A stretch of DNA of 64,000 nt, from assembly GCF_035944895.1 (NCBI RefSeq), contig NZ_DASZAT010000017.1, positions 1,479-65,478 on the forward strand, written 5' to 3'. A model generated the notes under the pieces. That model had not been told where the DNA came from. It made no database searches and saw only the letters and a program-made list of their open reading frames with translations. A program made the translations under genes and the position numbers. Source of the stretch: Bosea sp. (in: a-proteobacteria) (GTDB lineage: Bacteria; Pseudomonadota; Alphaproteobacteria; Rhizobiales; Beijerinckiaceae). This document shows positions 57,785 to 64,000 of the stretch, piece by piece (the stretch's first letter is position 1; the number at the start of each line of letters is the position of its first letter).

Positions 57785-57799
57785 GTTCTTTTTTTGTTC
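57785..57799. promoter_or_regulatory. alphaproteobacterial LexA (SOS) box GTTC-N7-GTTC
   Basis: GTTC-TTTTTTT-GTTC lies 86-100 nt upstream of the recA start. A third GTTC at 57771-57774 is spaced by 10 nt. Confidence 0.65.
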
Positions 57800-57867
57800 C
57801 TGTTTCGACGCGCGCCGGTTGTGTTAGGACAGCATGAAAGCAGCCTGATTTCAGAGCTCCGAAGCTG

Positions 57868-58383
57868 ATGCGCAAGTCCCTGGTCAAGCTTCTCCTGATC
57901 CCGCTCGACCTCGTCGTCGGGCTCGTCATCCTGCTCGACGAGCTGCTGCGGCCGCTCTACCGGCCGCTGATCGCCTGGTTCGCCGCGCTCAGATTGGTAG
58001 CGCGGTGCGAGGAGGCAATCGGGCGGTTGCCGCCTTATGGCGCGCTGGTGGCGCTGGCGATCCCCTTCGCCATTGTCGAGCCGCTGAAGCTGCTCGGCTT
58101 GCTGTTCCTGGCGCGCGGGGCGTTCGTGGCCGGCATCGTCACGACGGCGATCGGCCATCTCGCCGGCTTCCTGCTGGTCGAGCGCGTCTACCATGCCGGG
58201 CGGGCGCAGCTCCTCACCATTCCCTGGTTCGCGCGGATCATGGGTTGGATCGAGGCGATCCGGCAGGCGGTGATCGGGCGGATCAAGGCGAGCGCCGTCT
58301 GGCAACGCGCGGTCGTGCTAGTGCGGGCGGCGCGGGAGCGCTTGCGGGGCCTGAGACTCTGGTTCGCCCGCCTTCGCGCCTGA
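57868..58383 (+). CDS. hypothetical membrane protein
   Basis: 171 aa, ~4 hydrophobic helices and an Arg-rich C-terminus. ATG start. Divergent from recA. I recognise no family. Confidence 0.45.
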   Translation: MRKSLVKLLLIPLDLVVGLVILLDELLRPLYRPLIAWFAALRLVARCEEAIGRLPPYGALVALAIPFAIVEPLKLLGLLFLARGAFVAGIVTTAIGHLAGFLLVERVYHAGRAQLLTIPWFARIMGWIEAIRQAVIGRIKASAVWQRAVVLVRAARERLRGLRLWFARLRA

Positions 58384-58857
58384 CGGAGAGGCCTCGCTCT
58401 CGGGCTCGGCCTGCCATGCGGCGGCGAGCCGCTCCAGCTCCAGCGTGTAGCAGTAGATCGCGAAGACGACCGCGAGGAGAAGGGAGGAGCGCCAGAGCAG
58501 AGTGAAGCCGTCGGCGATACTCGTCAGCGCCGGCAGGTGACGCAGGAAATAGATCGAAGCCAGCGCGCCGCCGACGATCGCGCCGAGGCGGGCAGCGAAG
58601 GCCAGGAGATGCCCGAGCGGCAGGTTGCGGAAGCCCTGTGGCACGGGCACGCGGTAGAGCCGCGTCCAGTAGCAGATCTGGCCGAGCAGCGCCGCCGCGC
58701 AGATCTGCGCCAGGCTTCCGGTCGGCAACGTCTGCTGCTCGCCGATATGTGCGACCAGGACGCGGAAGGCCGTGTGGATGTGGAAGAGGATGACCAGCGC
58801 GCAGGCCGTCTGCACGATCAGCAGCAGCGTGTAGGCGAGGGTCGGCCGTTGCGTCAT
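58318..58857 (-). CDS. hypothetical membrane protein
   Basis: Start trimmed to MTQRPTLAYTLLLIV. ~5 TM helices. The 3' end overlaps the convergent ORF 57868-58383 by 66 nt. Confidence 0.45.
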   Translation of the reverse strand: MTQRPTLAYTLLLIVQTACALVILFHIHTAFRVLVAHIGEQQTLPTGSLAQICAAALLGQICYWTRLYRVPVPQGFRNLPLGHLLAFAARLGAIVGGALASIYFLRHLPALTSIADGFTLLWRSSLLLAVVFAIYCYTLELERLAAAWQAEPESEASPSGAKAGEPESQAPQALPRRPH

Positions 58858-58888
58858 CGGCGCAGGATAGAAGGGTGGCCGGCGCCGA

Positions 58889-59473
58889 TCAAACCGTCTG
58901 GCTCCGCGCGGTTGAAGCGAGCGAGGCAGCCGCGCGGCCGGCGGCCTCGACATAAGCGGGGTCGCGATGGACGAGCATGACCGAGAAGGCTCCGTCCATC
59001 AGCAGCACGACCTGGCGGGCGAGCTCGTCGGGGGCGGCGACGCCGTGCTCGGCGCAGGCGCCGGCGAGCCAGCGCTCGAAGCCGGCCTTGTGGCGTGCAC
59101 CGATCCTGATCGCCGGGTGGCCGGGCAGGTTGGCGAGTTCGGCGGCGGTGCGCAGGAAGCCGCAGCCTTTCCAGCGCGGGTGGCGGGCGGAGCGCGCGAG
59201 GTTCTGGAAGATCGCCTCGATCTTCTGCGGCAGCCCGCCCTCGGCCTTGTCGAACCAGCCGGCCATCAGCTTGAGATTGGGCTGGTCGCGCGCCTCGAGA
59301 TAGGCGGCGACGAGCTCGTCCTTGCTCTCGAAATGATAATAGAGCGTGCGCTTGGTGACGCCGGCCTTCTCGGCGACGGCGTCGACGCTGACGGCGCGGA
59401 TGCCCTCGCCATAGAAGAGCTTGCTGGCCGCTTCGATGATGCGCTTGCGGGTCGGGCTGTCGGGTTCGGCCAT
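58889..59473 (-). CDS. TetR-family transcriptional regulator
   Basis: RKRIIEAASKLFYGEGIRAVSVDAVAEKAGVTKRTLYYHFESKDELV is a canonical TetR HTH. Confidence 0.85.
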   Translation of the reverse strand: MAEPDSPTRKRIIEAASKLFYGEGIRAVSVDAVAEKAGVTKRTLYYHFESKDELVAAYLEARDQPNLKLMAGWFDKAEGGLPQKIEAIFQNLARSARHPRWKGCGFLRTAAELANLPGHPAIRIGARHKAGFERWLAGACAEHGVAAPDELARQVVLLMDGAFSVMLVHRDPAYVEAAGRAAASLASTARSQTV

Positions 59474-59478
59474 GTCTC

Positions 59479-59504
59479 ATGTATACCGTATAGGTAGTAT
59501 ACAT
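59479..59504. promoter_or_regulatory. candidate TetR operator, ATGTATAC-N10-GTATACAT inverted repeat
   Basis: Perfect 8-bp arms in an AT-rich patch. It begins 6 nt upstream of the tetR start, within the divergent intergenic region. Confidence 0.45.
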
Positions 59505-59559
59505 CGTCAAGCCCGGAGCGCAGCCTTCCGAGACCCGAAACCGGAAGGACGCCAAGGCC

Positions 59560-60381
59560 ATGCCCGACAATGATCCCATCCTGATTCAACAGCATGAGGC
59601 GATCGCGACGCTGACGCTGAATCGGCCCGAGAAGCTGAATGCACTGAGCTACGGGCTGATCGACCGCCTGCTCGAAATCCTCGATGCGATCGAGATCGAC
59701 CCTTCCATCCGCGCGGTGATCTTGACCGGCGCCGGCGAGCGCGCGTTTTCGGCCGGCGGCGACATCCACGAGTTCTCGCAGAGCGTCGCGGCCGGGCCGG
59801 AGCAGGCGGTGCGCGATTTCGTCCGCCGCGGGCAAAAGCTGACCGCGCGGCTGGAAGCCTTCGGCAAGCCGGTGATCGCGGCGGTGAACGGGCTCGCCTA
59901 TGGCGGCGGCTGCGAGGTCACCGAGGCGGTGCCGCTCGCCATCGCCAGCGAGCGGGCGATGTTCGCCAAGCCGGAGATCAACCTCGGCATGCCGCCGACC
60001 TTCGGCGGGACGCAGCGCCTGCCGCGGCTGGCTGGCCGCAAGCGCGCCATGGAGCTGCTGCTGACCGGCGACCCTTTCACGCCGCAGCGCGCGCTGGAGC
60101 TGGGGCTGATCAATGCGGTGGTGCCGCATGAGGAGCTGCTGCCGGCGGCGAACGCGCTGGCTGCGCGTATCCTGCGGCATTCCTCTTTGGCGGCAGCGAG
60201 CATCCTCACGGCGGTGACGCGCGGCATCAACGCCAGCATTGCCGAGGGACTGCTGATCGAGAGCGAGCAGTTCGCCCGCGTCGTGCCGACGGCCGATCTG
60301 CGCGAGGGGCTCGACGCCTGGATGGCGCGGCGCCAGCCGATTTATTCCGGCGACTGGTCGCTGGTCGCCAGGGCCGGTTGA
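59560..60381 (+). CDS. enoyl-CoA hydratase/isomerase (crotonase) family protein
   Basis: TLNRPEKLNAL...VILTGAGERAFSAGGDI...GLAYGGGCE is the crotonase signature. Confidence 0.85.
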   Translation: MPDNDPILIQQHEAIATLTLNRPEKLNALSYGLIDRLLEILDAIEIDPSIRAVILTGAGERAFSAGGDIHEFSQSVAAGPEQAVRDFVRRGQKLTARLEAFGKPVIAAVNGLAYGGGCEVTEAVPLAIASERAMFAKPEINLGMPPTFGGTQRLPRLAGRKRAMELLLTGDPFTPQRALELGLINAVVPHEELLPAANALAARILRHSSLAAASILTAVTRGINASIAEGLLIESEQFARVVPTADLREGLDAWMARRQPIYSGDWSLVARAG

Positions 60382-60391
60382 GGGAGCGGCC

Positions 60392-60811
60392 ATGAGCGAC
60401 CATGCGAGCTTCAGCCGCGAGGCTTTCGCCGCCTTCCGTGCCAATGAGCGGCCGGGGCCGGTGCAGATGCTGAACCTGATCCGGCTCAATGCCGAGGCGC
60501 AATATCCGGACGGCCCGAATGGTGGCGGCCGCGAGGCGTTCGCTGCCTATGGCCGAATCAGCGCGCCGGTGCTGACGCGGCTCGGCGGGCGGATCCTCTG
60601 GCGCGGCGGCTTCGAGCAGATGCTGATCGGCCCGCGGGGCGAGCGCTGGGACATCTGCTTCATCGCCGAATATCCTAGCGTCGAGGCCTTTGCCGCGATG
60701 TTCCGCGATCCGATCTATCGCGAGGCGATGATGCATCGGCAGGCGGCGGTCAGGGATTGCCGCCTGATCCGGCTGGAGGCGCGGGACGCAGGTGTGACCT
60801 TCGCGGGGTAG
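60392..60811 (+). CDS. DUF1330 domain protein
   Basis: 139 aa. Contains PVQMLNLIRL...YPSVEAFAAMFRDPIYREA.... Confidence 0.7.
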   Translation: MSDHASFSREAFAAFRANERPGPVQMLNLIRLNAEAQYPDGPNGGGREAFAAYGRISAPVLTRLGGRILWRGGFEQMLIGPRGERWDICFIAEYPSVEAFAAMFRDPIYREAMMHRQAAVRDCRLIRLEARDAGVTFAG

Positions 60812-60822
60812 AGCAGGGTCGC

Positions 60823-61296
60823 TCAGCCCTGCTTCAGGCGCCCGATCAGGCCATGGATGTCGCCGAGCACGAAGAGGTCGCGCACGAGCCCGCCCTCGAA
60901 GGTGAAGGCCGGCGCACCATGCCACCACACATGGCGGCCGCTCGGCGGCACTCCGAACATCTCGCGGCGATGGAAGCCGTGGAAGCGCAGGCGCCCGAAG
61001 ACGCGGTTGCCTTCCTCGACCAGCGCCAGGATGTCCGAGGTGTAGTCGCCGAGCGAGCCGGTGACCCAGTCGACATAACCTGCGAATTCGCGATGGCCAT
61101 GCAGGACCGGCCCGAGCGAGCCGCGAAAGGTGAAGTCCTCGTGGAAGATCCGCGGGATCAGCGACTTGTCGGCACGGTCCCACATCTCCTTGTAGAAGAT
61201 CCTGACGAGCTCTTTCTGCGGCGAGAGCGTGACGCCGCCGAAATCCAGTGCGGGTTCGTCAGGCGGCGCCTCGCGCCCCTGCGGCATCTGCGTCAT
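60823..61296 (-). CDS. SnoaL-like ester cyclase family protein
   Basis: 157 aa with an NTF2-like fold pattern (LVRIFYKEMWDRADKSLIPRIFHEDFTFRGSLG...HGREF..Y). Confidence 0.65.
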   Translation of the reverse strand: MTQMPQGREAPPDEPALDFGGVTLSPQKELVRIFYKEMWDRADKSLIPRIFHEDFTFRGSLGPVLHGHREFAGYVDWVTGSLGDYTSDILALVEEGNRVFGRLRFHGFHRREMFGVPPSGRHVWWHGAPAFTFEGGLVRDLFVLGDIHGLIGRLKQG

Positions 61297-61425
61297 GCTT
61301 CCTCTCCCGTGTTGCCGCAGGCTGTCGAGAAGCCGGCCGGATCAAACTCCGCCGAAGCTGCGCCGGAAGGCACAGCAAATCTCGCAAAGCGCTGGTGGCA
61401 AACTGCACATGCCGGGCTGGTCTGA

Positions 61426-64000
61426 TCAGCCTGCCGCGTGAGGTGTTTCCGCCGGGGCGGGCGCGGCTGGTTCCTTGCGGCCCAGCCTCCGCGAAAGCCC
61501 TTCCATGTAGAGGAAGATCACCGGAGTGATGAACAGCGTCAGCACCTGCGAGACGATCAGCCCGCCGACGACGGCAAGGCCGAGCGGCTGGCGCAGCTCC
61601 GCGCTGGCGCCGGCGCCGATCGCGATCGGCAGGGCGCCGAGGATCGCGGCCAGCGTCGTCATGATGATCGGCCGGAAACGGCGCAGGCAGGCTTCGCGGA
61701 TCGCGGTGTCAGGCGGCTCGCCGGCGCGCTGCAGTTCGAGCGCGACGTCGATCATCATGATCGCGTTCTTCTTGACGATGCCGATCAGCATCAGCAGCCC
61801 GATCACGGCGATGACCGAGAGGTCGAGACCGAAGAGCTTCAGCGTCAGCAGCGCGCCGAGCGCCGCGGCGGGCAGCCCGGTCAGGATCGTCAGCGGGTGG
61901 ATGAAGCTCTCATAGAGGATGCCGAGCACGATGTAGATCGTCAGCACCGCGCCGGCAATCAGCAGGCCCTGGTTGCCGAGCGATTGCTGGAAGGTCTGGG
62001 CGACGCCGGCGAAGCTGGTGCCGATCTGCGCGGGCAGGCCGAGCTCGGCCTTGATCGCATCGATGCGCTGCACGGCCTCGCCGAGCGAGCGGCCGGCCGG
62101 CAGGTTGAAGGAGAGGGTGACGGCCGGGAGCTGGCCGAGCTGGTTGACGGTGAGGGGGCCGGCCTTGCGCTCGATCCTGGCGAAGGTGCCGAGCGGCACG
62201 AGCGCGCCCGAGGAGGAGCGGAAGCGGACCTGGTCGAGCCGGTCGTTCGACCACTGGATGTCGGGATTGAACTCGATGATGACCTGATAGCTGTCGCTGG
62301 TGGTGTAGATCGTCGAGATCTGGCGCACGCCGAAGCCGGAATAGAGGCTGGAGCGCAGCACGTCGGCGCTGATCCCCTGCGACTGGGCCTTGGCCCGGTC
62401 GACGACGAGGTTGGCGAGCAGGGCCTTGTTCTGCAGGTCGGTGGTGACATCGACGAAGAGCGGGTCGTGCTGCAGCGCCTCCAGCATCTTGCCCGACCAG
62501 TCGGACAGAGCGGGCTGGTCGATCGACTGCATCACGAACTGGTACTGGCTCTTCGAGGAGCGCGCGCCGATGTTGAGGTTCTGCACCGGCGACATATAGG
62601 TCGCGATGCCGGGGATCGCGGCGAGCTGGCGGCGCAGGTCGCCAAGCATCTGCTGCAGGGGCGGGCGCTCAGCCTTCGGCTTCAGCTCGACGAAAAGGCG
62701 GCCGGCATTAAGGCTGCTCGACTGGCCGCTGGAGCCGATGGTCGAGGCGACATGGGTGACATAGGGCGAGCGCCGGAAGACGTCCTCGACCTTCTGCTGC
62801 AGGCCTGACATGGCCTCGAAGGAGATGTCTTGGCGCGCCTCGGTCGCGACCTGGAGCTGGCCGATATCCTCCTGCGGGAAGAAGCCCTTGGGGATGGTCA
62901 CCACCAGCCAGGCGCTGGCGGCGACGCTGGCGAGGAAGGCCATCAGCACGGCCCGGCGATGCTTCAGGCTGAGGTCGAGCCCGAAGCGATAGGCGCCGAG
63001 CACGGCGTCGAAGCCACGTTCGAGGAAGGCGAGCCGGTCCTTCTTGCCGGGCTCGGCATGGCCCGCCGCATCCGCACCGAGGCGCGCGCACATCATCGGC
63101 GTCAGCGTCAGCGAGACGAAGGCCGAGGCGAGGATCGCGACGGTGACGACCACCGCGAACTCGTTGAAGACGCGCCCGATCACGCCGCCCATCAGCAGCA
63201 CCGGGATGAAGACCGCGACCAGCGAGAGCGAGATCGAGATGATGGTGAAGCCGATCTCGCTCGAGCCCTTCAGCGCCGCGTCGAAGGCGGAGAGCCCATC
63301 CTCCTCCATATGGCGGACGATATTCTCCAGCATCACGATCGCATCGTCGACGACGAGCCCGACTGCCAGCGTCAGGCCGAGTAGTGAGATGTTGTCGATC
63401 GAGAAGCCGAACAGGTACATCGCTCCCAGCGTCGCGATCAGCGAGATCGGCACGGCGACCGCCGGGATCAGCGTCGCGGTGAAGCGGCGCAGGAACAGGA
63501 AGATCACCGCGACGACCAGCACGATCGTCAGGCCGAGCGTGAACTGAACGTCCTCGACCGCCTGGCGGATCGAGGAGGAGCGGTCATTGAGCAGGCCGAG
63601 CGTGGTCGCCGGCGGCAGCAGCGATTGCATCTGGCCGATCGCCGCCTTGACCCGGTCGACGACCTCGACCGTGTTGGCGTCGGGCTGGCGGAAAACGGCA
63701 ACGACGAGGGCGCGCGAGCCGTCATACCAGCTGGCGAGCTGCAGGTTCTCGACCGAGTCGATCACCTTGGCGACGTCGCCGAGCCGGACCGGGCGGCCGT
63801 CGCGGGTGGCGATGATGATATCGGCGAAATGGGCGGCGTCGGCGAGCTGGGTCTGCGCCTCCAGCGTCAATTGCTGCGGGCCGGACTGCATGGTGCCGAC
63901 CGGGGTGTTGACGTTGGCGGCGGTGATCGCCGCCTGCAATTCGTTGATGCCGATGCCGCGCGCCGCGAGCGCGGTCGGGTCGACCTGGATGCGGACCGCG
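61426..64000 (-). CDS. RND efflux transporter permease (AcrB/MdtB-like), N-terminus outside window
   Basis: The frame stays open to the window edge. It has typical RND TM and periplasmic domain sequences (…AVVVTVAILASAFVSLTLTPMMCA…, …LLMLIGIVKKNAIMMID…). Confidence 0.9.
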   Translation of the reverse strand, partial: AVRIQVDPTALAARGIGINELQAAITAANVNTPVGTMQSGPQQLTLEAQTQLADAAHFADIIIATRDGRPVRLGDVAKVIDSVENLQLASWYDGSRALVVAVFRQPDANTVEVVDRVKAAIGQMQSLLPPATTLGLLNDRSSSIRQAVEDVQFTLGLTIVLVVAVIFLFLRRFTATLIPAVAVPISLIATLGAMYLFGFSIDNISLLGLTLAVGLVVDDAIVMLENIVRHMEEDGLSAFDAALKGSSEIGFTIISISLSLVAVFIPVLLMGGVIGRVFNEFAVVVTVAILASAFVSLTLTPMMCARLGADAAGHAEPGKKDRLAFLERGFDAVLGAYRFGLDLSLKHRRAVLMAFLASVAASAWLVVTIPKGFFPQEDIGQLQVATEARQDISFEAMSGLQQKVEDVFRRSPYVTHVASTIGSSGQSSSLNAGRLFVELKPKAERPPLQQMLGDLRRQLAAIPGIATYMSPVQNLNIGARSSKSQYQFVMQSIDQPALSDWSGKMLEALQHDPLFVDVTTDLQNKALLANLVVDRAKAQSQGISADVLRSSLYSGFGVRQISTIYTTSDSYQVIIEFNPDIQWSNDRLDQVRFRSSSGALVPLGTFARIERKAGPLTVNQLGQLPAVTLSFNLPAGRSLGEAVQRIDAIKAELGLPAQIGTSFAGVAQTFQQSLGNQGLLIAGAVLTIYIVLGILYESFIHPLTILTGLPAAALGALLTLKLFGLDLSVIAVIGLLMLIGIVKKNAIMMIDVALELQRAGEPPDTAIREACLRRFRPIIMTTLAAILGALPIAIGAGASAELRQPLGLAVVGGLIVSQVLTLFITPVIFLYMEGLSRRLGRKEPAAPAPAETPHAAG

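Overview
GC-rich chromosomal segment with strong third-position GC bias. Gene content and order look alphaproteobacterial, probably Rhizobiales-like. I found no rRNA, tRNA, CRISPR array, integrase, transposase or recognisable defence cassette. Most long ORFs in the track are antisense shadow ORFs caused by GC bias, and I did not call them. Many real genes start at internal start codons of the listed ORFs. 0-22 kb is mainly metabolism and transport: the 3' end of puuD, a large membrane protein, a TrxR-type ferredoxin-NADP reductase, kbp, a TRAP transporter followed by a rhodanese, a form-II CoxL-like molybdoenzyme subunit followed by two c-type cytochromes, an LpxH-like/GT4 pair and a KefB-like antiporter. 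22-30 kb holds poorly characterised genes: an orphan MoxR ATPase, a lipoprotein, a DUF2975 + HTH pair, an ABA4-like fusion protein, and tetR-sixA-ycjX-ycjF. 30-44 kb is a Caulobacter-type flagellar cluster: flgE-flgK-flgL, flaF-flbT, three tandem flagellins, flaG-like, flgI/rod-binding/flbY-like, and divergent fliX. 44-64 kb holds a cupin dioxygenase, an SDR, icd, a ~1400-aa autotransporter, a cyclic-nucleotide-gated K+ channel, alaS, recA, a TetR/enoyl-CoA hydratase/DUF1330 unit and a truncated RND pump. The best-supported non-coding calls are two near-consensus sigma54 promoters (flgE and flgI), each ~100 bp from a CCGGCA-N5-TGCCGG palindrome, a GTTC-N7-GTTC LexA box at recA, and several intrinsic terminators. 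I see no convincing novel multi-gene system. The most intriguing unexplained items are an orphan plus-strand terminator that may mark an sRNA in a lower-GC islet (~17.4-17.57 kb), a triple-hairpin block in the flgI-fliX intergenic region, the tetR-sixA-ycjXF unit, the K+ channel coupled to a secreted repeat protein, and the orphan CoxL + cytochrome arrangement. All functional calls come from my reading of the translated ORFs and motifs. No database search was run.
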